Shown piece after piece: positions 51,375 to 60,456 of a stretch of DNA of 64,000 bases. The notes beneath the pieces were generated by a model. That model did not search any database. It saw nothing but the letters and a program-made list of their open reading frames with translations, and was not told where the DNA came from. The position numbers and the translations under genes are program-made. Source of the stretch: an uncultured Candidatus Poseidoniales archaeon. Its GTDB lineage: Archaea > Thermoplasmatota > Poseidoniia > Poseidoniales > Poseidoniaceae. The stretch's first letter is position 1; every line of letters starts with the position of its first letter. The DNA lies in NCBI GenBank assembly GCA_964015875.1, contig CAXHEV010000009.1:7497-71496 (forward strand). Reading direction: 5' to 3'.

Positions 51375-52169
51375 TCATACTGTCAACAAGTGGAGCATAC
51401 AAGCCCAAACAGGAGCGAGCCTTCTGTTGGCTTGCGAAGAGACGCTGTGGTGGTCAAGGTCTTGGCTGGCGTTCCCAGGTTCCCGTCCTGCTGCCCAATT
51501 CGAAGAAATGCACACCGCAACGTATGGGAGACTTAATTCTCGAGCTAATTTGACCTCACGAGGCATCGTCATACCAACCATGTGACCGCCGAGTGTATCA
51601 ATCGCATCAATTTCAGCTTTGGTCTCAAAGTGTGGACCTTGGGCAAGCCAGTAGGTGTAGCGCATACGCTCATTTGCGTCGAAGTCCTGAGCCGAGCGCA
51701 AGACTGCTTCAAGCGCAGCGTTGAGTTCAGAATCAAATGGGTCAGTCACCGAAGTGAAAACAGCAGCGTCATCATGAAACGTACTCTGATGGCCAGTAAA
51801 ATCGATGTATTGGTCGGCAAGAGCGACCTTGCCAGGAGGGAAATCTTCGGGGATCGCACCGACCGAACACACAGCCATCACGCCCTCGCAACCAGCGTCA
51901 AATAGCGCACGAATGTTGGCACGGTGTTCAATCATGTGTGGGGGGCGACTTGGTGCACCGTGGTTGTGATGGCGTTGAAGGAAGATGAGTTGCTTCCTTT
52001 CTTCGCCTTTGGAAAGTTCCATGCAGGTCAATGGCACCTCGCCATAGGGTGTTTCCACCGTCACCTCATCGCGCTGAATGAGGCTCAAACCATGAGCACC
52101 GAGTTGCTCACCTAAGGTCATGTCAATGAGTCCAGTACCGCCAATCACACCGAGTCGTTGCATGTTCAT
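51375..52169 (-). CDS. MTAP-family purine nucleoside phosphorylase
   Basis: GVIGGTG, TPYG, LQRH, GPHFETKAE, VGMT.PRE. Confidence 0.92.
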   Translation of the reverse strand: MNMQRLGVIGGTGLIDMTLGEQLGAHGLSLIQRDEVTVETPYGEVPLTCMELSKGEERKQLIFLQRHHNHGAPSRPPHMIEHRANIRALFDAGCEGVMAVCSVGAIPEDFPPGKVALADQYIDFTGHQSTFHDDAAVFTSVTDPFDSELNAALEAVLRSAQDFDANERMRYTYWLAQGPHFETKAEIDAIDTLGGHMVGMTMPREVKLARELSLPYVAVCISSNWAAGREPGNASQDLDHHSVSSQANRRLAPVWACMLHLLTV

Positions 52170-52194
52170 TCCACCTTGCCTTAGTTGCTATCAA

Positions 52195-52260
52195 CCCTGT
52201 GGCCGTTCAACCTCGGGGACCTTGCTTTCGCTGGTCACTTGAACGAGGCGGGCCATAGGG
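52195..52260 (-). other. Extended hairpin downstream of rps3ae
   Basis: CCCUAUGGCC/GGCCACAGGG, CGUUCAA/UUGAACG, GACC/GGUC, GC-GAAA-GC. Confidence 0.5.
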
Positions 52261-52263
52261 GCT

Positions 52264-53223
52264 TCACTCGTTGAGGCGGGCGATCAAGTCTGCCTTCTTT
52301 CCAGAGACAGGCTTTCCAGCGGCCTTGAGCAGTTCCTTCAACTCAGCAACGGTCATGCTGCTGTGGTCGACGGCGGCTGCTTCCTCAGCAGGTGCTGCTT
52401 CTTCGGCAGGTGCTTCTTCAACAGGTTCCTCTGCCTTTTCCGAGGCAGGTTCCATTGCTTCAGCTGCGTCGAGGATGGAAGGGGCGTTGTCGCCTTCTTC
52501 TTCCTCGTCTTCCATAGCCGCTGCGAGTGCTGCGGCCTTCTTTGCCTTGAGTTCAGCGTCACTTCGTGCTTCCTCTGCATGAATTTCGTCGAGGGTCTTG
52601 CCGCTATCAGCAACAACACCAGTTTGCAAGAGTTGGCTCTTGCGAATTGCGACGCTCTTCACAGGGTAGATCGGCTTGACAGCCTTGCGGATTTCTTCTT
52701 CCATGGTGCCGTCCAAAATTTGGGTTTGGATCTTTGCATACGTTGACTTTGCTGCGAAAGCGATAATCAACTCACGTGCCTTGGCACGCATGGCTTGCTT
52801 GATCGAGGTTTGGACACGCTTCTGCGTGATGATCAGTGGCTTCAATCGAACAAGGTATCCGTCAGTCGATACGACATCAACGACATCGTCGACCTTGCCA
52901 CGGTACCTGCGGATTTGTCGTCGAATGTGGTCGGTTTGGTGGTGGTGACCAATGAATGTGGTCAAGGCGTCTTGGCCAACACATTCTGTGACACGGAATC
53001 TGAGGATTACGTGCATCTTGGTGAAGTCACCATTGAATTCTTGCTGCGTCATTTCATACACACGGCCCATGATGTGCTCATCGGACTCGCCCAAAGTTTC
53101 TCCAATTTTCTTAAATTCCCACGGATTGCGAGGTGCACGAATGGTGTACCAGCGCTTCATCTTCCACTTGTCTCGTTGCTTACGTGCTGCTGCACGTGCC
53201 TTTGCACTTACTTTCTTTGCCAT
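52264..53223 (-). CDS. rps3ae: 30S ribosomal protein S3ae (eS1) with acidic linker and SAP-like C-terminal domain
   Basis: DKWKMKRWY.IRAP, IYPVK.V.IRKS; tail MTVAELKELLKAAGKPVSGKKADLIARL. Confidence 0.95.
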   Translation of the reverse strand: MAKKVSAKARAAARKQRDKWKMKRWYTIRAPRNPWEFKKIGETLGESDEHIMGRVYEMTQQEFNGDFTKMHVILRFRVTECVGQDALTTFIGHHHQTDHIRRQIRRYRGKVDDVVDVVSTDGYLVRLKPLIITQKRVQTSIKQAMRAKARELIIAFAAKSTYAKIQTQILDGTMEEEIRKAVKPIYPVKSVAIRKSQLLQTGVVADSGKTLDEIHAEEARSDAELKAKKAAALAAAMEDEEEEGDNAPSILDAAEAMEPASEKAEEPVEEAPAEEAAPAEEAAAVDHSSMTVAELKELLKAAGKPVSGKKADLIARLNE

Positions 53224-53408
53224 GGGATCAACTCTGGGTGTGTGTATTGCGGGGGCTACCCCACTTGCACCCCTGCGACAAACCTCCCCTATTTCAAGAG
53301 GCCCCCGAGGACAGAAGGGGCTCACCTCACGCCAAACGAGGCATAGAAGGCAACAAAAGCAAAGTTATTTACCAACAGAATAGTGTCAATGTCTGACTCG
53401 TTTAGCCG

Positions 53409-54164
53409 TCAGTCACTGCTGTAGAGCACAGATACTGTTTGCTGGATATTGAGGTAATCCTGGCCCTCTTCAGGGACAATACGCAATTCATGCAAAAGGT
53501 AGGTGTTGAAGTGAATCGTCTGCCAGGTGTCCTCGCCCCCGTCGACAGCTTGGCCACCCTTGCTTTGGCAGGTATCATCGAGCTCGTCAACAATAGCCCA
53601 GGAGAATTCGACCGTTTGACCTCCCCCTCCAATGCCGTCAATGAGGCTTGGATTTTCAACCGTTGACTCGATTTCGATGGCAATTGGATGAATGCCCCCG
53701 TTGCTTGGCGTAGGGTTGAAGGGCAAAACTGCTGGATCGTTGGTTTTCGTTTCGGACCAATCAATTCGCAAATCCACACGAATGGAGACCTCTTGACTCG
53801 TCTTCACACCTGATGCATCGATGGCGAACAGGGTCACGTTGTGTATGCCATGTTCGTCAAAGGCATACAAAAGAGAGGATGCAACGTCTGCATCCACGGT
53901 GATGCTTTGTGTACCATCCATGGATTCAAGGCCATAGGTCTCGATCTCAAGCGAGGATGTAGTTTTTGAAAAGTCAAACTCAACTTCGACTTCTTCAAGA
54001 GAGATGAGTTCACCATCGACATAGGTTTCGATGACTACCCCTGAATCCGATTCATAGTCGACAACAAAGTCAATCATCGACTCATCGACAGACGGTTCAA
54101 GACAACCTGCAAGAGAAGACGTGACAAAGAGAATCAGCACCAACACTGACTTCCACTGACCCAT
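53409..54164 (-). CDS. Predicted lipoprotein with PKD-like domain
   Basis: Lipobox LAGC; FDFS...YAFDEHG.HNVTL. Confidence 0.8.
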   Translation of the reverse strand: MGQWKSVLVLILFVTSSLAGCLEPSVDESMIDFVVDYESDSGVVIETYVDGELISLEEVEVEFDFSKTTSSLEIETYGLESMDGTQSITVDADVASSLLYAFDEHGIHNVTLFAIDASGVKTSQEVSIRVDLRIDWSETKTNDPAVLPFNPTPSNGGIHPIAIEIESTVENPSLIDGIGGGGQTVEFSWAIVDELDDTCQSKGGQAVDGGEDTWQTIHFNTYLLHELRIVPEEGQDYLNIQQTVSVLYSSD

Positions 54165-54278
54165 GCCTTACCCTCTTCGTCAGGGTATAAAATCTCAACG
54201 ATGCACAACAAATGCAGGTGCAACGACTTGAATCGCTGCTTCGACACCTTTGAATGGTCTTGGTCGGTGGTTGGCTCA

Positions 54279-56450
54279 ATGGCACGACGAGCCCTTCCTC
54301 TCGCTCTCGTGCTCTTGATGCTTTTTTCATTGACCATAGGCCACGTTGCTGGTCAAACAGAAGCCGACAAGCAACCAAGCGCAGAACGTTCCACCATGTA
54401 CATCTGGGGCGATAGTGCCCTCGAAACTGGTCAGTGCTTCAATCATTTTTCATCTGAAGGAGAAACTGAGGTTGGGTTTGGAGAATATGAGGACACTGAG
54501 AATATCGATTTTTCTTGCCCTCTTGAAAATAGCCTTGTCTCCGAGATGCATCTTGATTCGGACGGAGTTATTACCTTCAAATTTGGATTTTTGATTCAAT
54601 CCTCCGAAACAAGCGGTGGCGAAGAACTCACGCTTTCGTTCAATCGAGGAGGCGAAGTCCTGGCCTCACAGGAATTCCCTATTCCGACGTTCTCTAATGA
54701 ACAACTCACTTGGCAGATTGATGTCACGGAAAACATGACCTATTGGGAAGAAGGAAGTGTTCCAGAACTCAATGTTCAATTCAGCAAACCAGCCCCAACC
54801 CTCCAAGAGTGTCTAGACCCGAACAAGGCTATTGCACAATGCGAGCCTAAGTTCCGAATTTACTACAGTGATAACAATCAAGGCCTCGATGTTGGGGGCA
54901 CGTTCCCAATTGTGAACGCATCCAATACAAGCGGTTCCCCTTCCGATCAGGATTCTGAGGCATTGAGTGTGGGTACTGGCGCAATTTCCGGTCTTGTATT
55001 CTCACCTTTATTCATCGGCTTGTTCGTCTTTGTTGGCTTCATTTCCCTCAACCGTGATCGATTCCAAATGGGTATGGTTTTGGAAGAAGAGGAAGACGAA
55101 ACTACTGGCGATTCATCATCGGAAGGAGAAACATTGGTCGACAGTTATCGCGCTCGAGTGCTGACCTTGTGCGCTTTGTATGTGGCTCAAGGCATTCCCT
55201 GGGGATTCATCACCATCGCTTTTCTCACCTTCTTGGCGGACAAAGGTGTCGGAGCCTCTGAGTTGGCACTGATGCTCACGCTTGGAACGCTACCTTGGTC
55301 GGTCAAATTCCTATGGGGTCCTGTCATTGACCGTTTCCAATACCCCTCGATGGGACGAAGGCGTCCATGGATTCTTCTTGCCCAGAGTGGAATGATTGTG
55401 GTGCTTGCCTCGATGATGTTGATTCCAAACCCCGAAGAAAACGTTCTGACCATGGCCTACATGTTCCTCGTCTACAACATCTTCACATCTCTACAAGATG
55501 TCAGTACCGATGCGCTGGCTGTTGATGTGTTGCAGCCACATGAGATGGAGAAAGTCAACAGCTACATGTTCACTGCAAAGTCGGTTGGTGGCATCATCGG
55601 TGGGGCGGGCCTTGGCTTAGTTATCGGAACACTTGGCATCAAGGGTACCATTTTGTTGCAAATTCCAATCCTCGTGGTCATTATGCTTGTACCGCTCTTG
55701 ATGACTGAACGGCCGGGAGAGAAGCGGTTCCCGTGGAGTGAAGGCAGCGCCGAGGTCGAAGTGATTTCTGAGGAGCGTGATTTCAAGGAAATTGTTGCCA
55801 AGATCAAGATTGCTTTTTCCATGCGTTCTGCACAATTAGGAATCCTGCTGAGCGTCGTGATGTCCCTCTCGTTTTTCCTTATTCCAGTCTTACCCCTTCT
55901 CTTCGTTCGAGAATTGGGGTGGACGGTTGAGCAATTCAATGTCACAAAAGGCGGTCTCATCCTTGTCTTTACGATGCTCGGCTACCTTGCCGGTGGCCAA
56001 CTTGGGAAACGCTTTGGTGGCAAATCGGTCATTATCTACGGCGCATTATTCACTGCACTGACCACCTCGCTTTGGGGCATGAGTGAGTCCATGTGGAGCA
56101 GTGGAACATTCATGATGGTCATGTGGTCCATTCGGACCTTTGCTTGGGGCCTTGTGACGATCAACATCTACTCGTTGGTGATGCGGGTAACCTGGGCCGA
56201 AGTTGGTGGCACGCAATTCACCGCTTACATGGCGATGATGAACCTCTCTTCTATCATAGGATACCAATTAACAGATCCAATCTCATCTCGCTTCGACTAC
56301 CCGACGCTTTTCCTTATCGCAGCGGTGTTGGAGACGTTCGTCATCTTTGGTGCTCTGTTTATTGATCCGAGTGAAACCCGGAGGGAATTAGCGACACCAG
56401 CGGCCGCCAACTTGAGCGAAAACAGCAACAAGTCAAGCAGCACAATTTGA
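54279..56450 (+). CDS. AmpG-like MFS transporter fused to an N-terminal extracellular domain
   Basis: LYVAQGIP, PWSVKFLWGPVID, GRRRPW, QDVSTDALA, GTQFT; signal peptide plus about 230-aa domain before the MFS. Confidence 0.88.
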   Translation: MARRALPLALVLLMLFSLTIGHVAGQTEADKQPSAERSTMYIWGDSALETGQCFNHFSSEGETEVGFGEYEDTENIDFSCPLENSLVSEMHLDSDGVITFKFGFLIQSSETSGGEELTLSFNRGGEVLASQEFPIPTFSNEQLTWQIDVTENMTYWEEGSVPELNVQFSKPAPTLQECLDPNKAIAQCEPKFRIYYSDNNQGLDVGGTFPIVNASNTSGSPSDQDSEALSVGTGAISGLVFSPLFIGLFVFVGFISLNRDRFQMGMVLEEEEDETTGDSSSEGETLVDSYRARVLTLCALYVAQGIPWGFITIAFLTFLADKGVGASELALMLTLGTLPWSVKFLWGPVIDRFQYPSMGRRRPWILLAQSGMIVVLASMMLIPNPEENVLTMAYMFLVYNIFTSLQDVSTDALAVDVLQPHEMEKVNSYMFTAKSVGGIIGGAGLGLVIGTLGIKGTILLQIPILVVIMLVPLLMTERPGEKRFPWSEGSAEVEVISEERDFKEIVAKIKIAFSMRSAQLGILLSVVMSLSFFLIPVLPLLFVRELGWTVEQFNVTKGGLILVFTMLGYLAGGQLGKRFGGKSVIIYGALFTALTTSLWGMSESMWSSGTFMMVMWSIRTFAWGLVTINIYSLVMRVTWAEVGGTQFTAYMAMMNLSSIIGYQLTDPISSRFDYPTLFLIAAVLETFVIFGALFIDPSETRRELATPAAANLSENSNKSSSTI

Positions 56451-56475
56451 TAACTAAATCCTTCGACGCAACAGC

Positions 56476-56853
56476 ATGGCAAAATCTGTCTTTGTGAAAT
56501 TTGTATCCGAACCTAAGAATGACAAAATAAAGTCAATTGTCGGCTTGGCATGTGCTGCACAAGCCGTCACTGATGGTCATGAAGTGAGCGTCTTTTTCGC
56601 CGCTGCTGGCACTCGATTACTCGACCCAGACTACCTTGCTGAACTCGGCCAAGACTTCCCAATGGTTTCGGATTTGATGAACACACTCATCTCAGGTGCC
56701 ACACTCTACCTCTCCTTTGCCTCGGTCAAAGCAGTGCTCGGTCACAGTGAAGGCGATGGCGCACTCGTCGTTGCCGATGATGGCGTGGAATGGAGCGGCC
56801 CACCTGGTGTGATTGCACTGGCAACCGCATCAGATGTTCAATTGACATACTGA
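56476..56853 (+). CDS. DsrE/DsrF-like protein
   Basis: A.A...GHEVSVFFAAAGTRL; C-terminal SDVQLTY. Confidence 0.7.
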   Translation: MAKSVFVKFVSEPKNDKIKSIVGLACAAQAVTDGHEVSVFFAAAGTRLLDPDYLAELGQDFPMVSDLMNTLISGATLYLSFASVKAVLGHSEGDGALVVADDGVEWSGPPGVIALATASDVQLTY

Positions 56854-56945
56854 AAACAGACGGACTTATCTGGCTTTATGGTTAATCTACACCTCTATGC
56901 CGAACCTTTGGTGTCAAATACCCAAACGCCTTAGACACAACATAG

Positions 56946-57284
56946 GTGGCCCGTTTGGAACGAAATTGTGACCCTGTTTTTGCTCGTGTTGACAAACTTC
57001 TTGCTTTGTTGAACAAATCAAAGTTATTGCATATCCTCTACCTCTTGAATGCGAAGCAGAGACCAATGCGATTCACAGAACTCAAGCAACGGGTAGACAG
57101 TTCCTCAACAACGATCACGCGCCGATTGGTGGAACTTGAAAACAATGGCTTAATCACGCGTACTGTCCTTGACACCCATCCAAACGCTGTCCAATACAGT
57201 TTGACTGAAGACGCTAAATGCCTTGCACCAAGCATTCAATCGATGTATGATTGGGTGGTCGAACGAGACGTCGCCTTGCTCTGA
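56946..57284 (+). CDS. HxlR-family winged-helix regulator
   Basis: MRFTELK, ITRRLVELE..GLITR, VQYSLT. Confidence 0.9.
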   Translation: MARLERNCDPVFARVDKLLALLNKSKLLHILYLLNAKQRPMRFTELKQRVDSSSTTITRRLVELENNGLITRTVLDTHPNAVQYSLTEDAKCLAPSIQSMYDWVVERDVALL

Positions 57285-57345
57285 AGATGTCATCTCACTG
57301 CAGACCATCATCAATCATCAAATACCATACTGCAGACCCTTGTCC

Positions 57346-57792
57346 ATGAGCCTCCACCACATCACTTGGCGAGCCACGGCCAGTGGTCTTGCTGATGAGA
57401 ATGTGGTTGGCGATGCCTTGGCATGGTTAATCGGTGATGATGAAGCGGTCGAAATCGAACGCACCACCTCATACCACGGAGCCGAACTTCACCTGATTGA
57501 AGCCAAGATCACACGCAAAGGACCTGCTCTAAAGGCGCTTGCAATGTTGGGAGAAGCGAACCTCAAAACCATTCTTGAGGAACTCGAACAGCGACTTGAT
57601 GAGTCGAATACAATTCATTTCCGCTTGGACTTCAACGCTTTGATCAATGGTATAGTGCAACTTTCCCAAGGCGATGGTCCAACAGTCAAAGGCCAGACTA
57701 AGGTGCAGGTGTTCCCCGGCCAAGAGGGAGCAGCAGAAGCGGTGAGCACGATTGAAGAAGCAATCAAAATCGCAGCTGCTGCTGAATTATAA
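57346..57792 (+). CDS. COG1325-like predicted RNA-binding protein
   Basis: WRAT....DE..V..AL, SYHG, LEQRLDE.N..HFRLD. Confidence 0.75.
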   Translation: MSLHHITWRATASGLADENVVGDALAWLIGDDEAVEIERTTSYHGAELHLIEAKITRKGPALKALAMLGEANLKTILEELEQRLDESNTIHFRLDFNALINGIVQLSQGDGPTVKGQTKVQVFPGQEGAAEAVSTIEEAIKIAAAAEL

Positions 57793-57841
57793 GACACTCA
57801 ACATCGTGGCATTGATATGAGATTGGCGTCGAGACTGCGCT

Positions 57842-60013
57842 ATGGCCAAACCCAGCAAAGCACTGCTTCTTGCGGCCATCATGATGTGCTCTTTGCTTCA
57901 TGCTCAAGCCTCACACATCGAGCAAGCCGTGGATGAGGAGCCAATCTGTAATGCAGAACGAAGTGAGAATTGGACCGTTGGATTGATTCAATGTAACAAC
58001 AACCTGAGTTCGGGCTACACCCTCTTTTCCCCAATGTCAACAACGACTTCCTACCTCATCGATCACGATGGACGAGAAGTACACAATTGGGTCTCCCCAG
58101 GGGGTCACCGACCGGGCATGTCTGCGTATTTGCTTGAAGACGGATCGCTGCTTCGAGCCTCGAACATCGCACAAACCGCAGTCGGTAATTTCAGCGGTGG
58201 CGGAACCGCTGGCAAGGTTGAACGCATATCCTGGGAGGGTGATTTGCTTTGGTCGTTTGAATATTCATCCACCGAGTACATCTCACACCATGACATCGAA
58301 CCGATGCCGAACGGCAACATTCTGATGATTGCTTGGGAGGCTAAAACCGAAGAAGAAGGGTTACAGGCGGGCCGAAACCCAGCGATTGCATCTGATGCGC
58401 CTGGCGGTAGCAACGGTGTCTGGCCCGACAAAATTGTCGAAATTCAACCCAATGGAACGACGGGTGGCGACGTGGTTTGGGCCTGGCATGCTTGGGATCA
58501 CTTGGTCCAAGATTACGATCCAACAAAAGACAACTTTGGCGTGGTTGCTGAACATCCAGAACTGCTCGATATTAACTTCGTTGATGCCGCAGGAGCCCAA
58601 GCTGGAAAAGCCGATTGGATGCATTGCAACGGCATTGACTACAATCCGCTTTTGGACCAGATAGCACTGTCGTGCAAGAACATGAATGAAATCTATATTA
58701 TCGACCACAGCACCACCACTGAAGAGGCAGCAGGCCACACTGGAGGCACCTACGGGAAGGGTGGTGATTTCCTTTACAGGTGGGGGAATCCTGAAGCCTA
58801 TGACGCTGGATTCAGTCAAGACAAACGCCTGTTTGCTCAGCATGATGTGCAATGGATTGAACAAGACCGCCCAGGTGCAGGAAGCCTGATTGTGTTCAAT
58901 AACGGCGTCTATCGGACGGGCAGCTATTCCTCAGTCGATGTCATCACGCCTGTCATCATCGATGGTGAGTATCAACTTGATGAGAACAACAGGTACCTTC
59001 CCAACACCACATCGTGGTCATGGAACCAAGGAGAGGACATGTACGCAGGTTTTGTCTCTGGTGCTGAACGATTAGCTAACGGCAACACGCTGATCACCCA
59101 CGGCACTCATGGCACATTGTATGAGGTCACGCTTGAGGGGGAAATCGTGTGGACCTACATCAGTCCAGTGACCAAAGATGGAATTATCGAACAAAGTGAA
59201 CCACTCCCCGATGGTAACCAAATGAATTCAAAGGCTAACACCATCTTCAAAGTACGAAAGTACTCTGTTGACCACCCGGGTTTCACAGGGCGTACTCTTA
59301 CACCGGGCGATTACATCGAGGCTTGGACTGACCAATGCCCACTGACGGATGCACTGCCATGGGACAGAGACGGAGATGGCTGCATTGACGATACCGACCA
59401 AGACGGTGTGCTTGATCCTGAGGATCAATGCCAAGGTCATGACGATCAAATTGATTCGGATCAAGACGGCTTGATTGACGGGTGCGATGCGTTTGTTGAT
59501 GCGGATGAAGATGGTGTTGAGGATGCAATCGATGCGTGCTTGGGTCATGACGATGCGATTGATGTCGATCAAGACGGTACGCCTGATGGCTGTGATGCGC
59601 TGATTGACAATGATGGTGATGGCGTGGCCAATAATGAGGATGTGTGCGAAGGCCATGACGATACCGTGGACCAAGACAACGACACGATTCCCGACGCTTG
59701 CGATGCGATGATTGACAACGATGGTGATGGCGTTGCCAACGATGAGGACCAATGCGAAGGCCATGAAGATTCGATTGACGCTGATGAAGATGGAACGCCA
59801 GATGGTTGCGATGAATTCATCGATCTCGGGGTCCAAGATGAAGGAAACTTAATCCAATCTAACGAATCTGAAGAAGATGCAACACAAGACCAAGCAAACG
59901 AGCCGAACAACGCCCGATTAAAATCTGAACAGACGATTGTGTTAGGTGCTCTTTCTGTCTTGATCATTGGGGTTGTCATCATCACTCAGCAAATCCGAAA
60001 CAAGCGAGAATAG
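57842..60013 (+). CDS. Arylsulfate sulfotransferase-family protein with thrombospondin type-3 repeats and C-terminal TM
   Basis: GYTLF, HHDIE..PNGNIL, DWMHCN, YRWGNP, QHD, GAERLANGNTLI; then DxDxDG..DxCD repeats. Confidence 0.88.
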   Translation: MAKPSKALLLAAIMMCSLLHAQASHIEQAVDEEPICNAERSENWTVGLIQCNNNLSSGYTLFSPMSTTTSYLIDHDGREVHNWVSPGGHRPGMSAYLLEDGSLLRASNIAQTAVGNFSGGGTAGKVERISWEGDLLWSFEYSSTEYISHHDIEPMPNGNILMIAWEAKTEEEGLQAGRNPAIASDAPGGSNGVWPDKIVEIQPNGTTGGDVVWAWHAWDHLVQDYDPTKDNFGVVAEHPELLDINFVDAAGAQAGKADWMHCNGIDYNPLLDQIALSCKNMNEIYIIDHSTTTEEAAGHTGGTYGKGGDFLYRWGNPEAYDAGFSQDKRLFAQHDVQWIEQDRPGAGSLIVFNNGVYRTGSYSSVDVITPVIIDGEYQLDENNRYLPNTTSWSWNQGEDMYAGFVSGAERLANGNTLITHGTHGTLYEVTLEGEIVWTYISPVTKDGIIEQSEPLPDGNQMNSKANTIFKVRKYSVDHPGFTGRTLTPGDYIEAWTDQCPLTDALPWDRDGDGCIDDTDQDGVLDPEDQCQGHDDQIDSDQDGLIDGCDAFVDADEDGVEDAIDACLGHDDAIDVDQDGTPDGCDALIDNDGDGVANNEDVCEGHDDTVDQDNDTIPDACDAMIDNDGDGVANDEDQCEGHEDSIDADEDGTPDGCDEFIDLGVQDEGNLIQSNESEEDATQDQANEPNNARLKSEQTIVLGALSVLIIGVVIITQQIRNKRE
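59335..59825 (+). repeat. Coding tandem repeats (TSP3-like Ca-binding units)
   Basis: Repeated C.GHDD..D.D.DG..D.CD..ID.D.DG units. Confidence 0.85.
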
Positions 60014-60021
60014 TCTGCTTG

Positions 60022-60041
60022 AATTTAGGATAACCTAAATT
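60022..60041. promoter_or_regulatory. Inverted repeat resembling a DtxR/MntR-family operator
   Basis: AATTTAGG-ATAA-CCTAAATT, about 60 bp upstream of the ferredoxin ATG. Confidence 0.6.
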
Positions 60042-60102
60042 TTTCAACTCCGTAAAAGGCTTCATGTAGCCCCAACGCTTGGCCTCGCATGGAGACCATA
60101 CC

Positions 60103-60378
60103 ATGACACATGTAGTCACATCAACCTGCGTCGATCACAAATACCAAGAATGCGTTGTCGTTTGCCCTGTTGAGGCGTTTCGAGAAGCCGATACCTACCT
60201 CGTCATCGATCCCGATGAATGCATTGATTGTGGCGCATGTATCCCTGAATGCCCGGTTGATGCGATCTTTGCAGACACCGATGTTCCAGAAGAAGAGGAA
60301 CACTGGATTGAACGCAACGCAGAAGAATCAATTGATGCTGAAATTGCAGAAGGCGATTCACCAGTCCTCGCAGACTGA
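60103..60378 (+). CDS. 7Fe ([3Fe-4S][4Fe-4S]) ferredoxin, FdxA type
   Basis: MTHVVTSTCVDHKYQECVVVCPV...DECIDCGACIPECPV. Confidence 0.92.
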   Translation: MTHVVTSTCVDHKYQECVVVCPVEAFREADTYLVIDPDECIDCGACIPECPVDAIFADTDVPEEEEHWIERNAEESIDAEIAEGDSPVLAD

Positions 60379-60456
60379 ACCACTTTGGCTCTATTTCATT
60401 CTCATGGGCGTTAACCAATGTTCATGAAGGGCTAATGACAGGAGGGTTTGATTCAC

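Noticed and set aside
59335-59825. Repeats as a possible CRISPR array
   Set aside because: Degenerate, in-frame coding TSP3 repeats; no constant repeat/spacer pattern and no cas genes.
60418-60431. Fourth copy of the CCTATCATGATAGG motif before pdxS
   Set aside because: Only 8/14 match and different spacing; likely the TTCATGAA promoter box.
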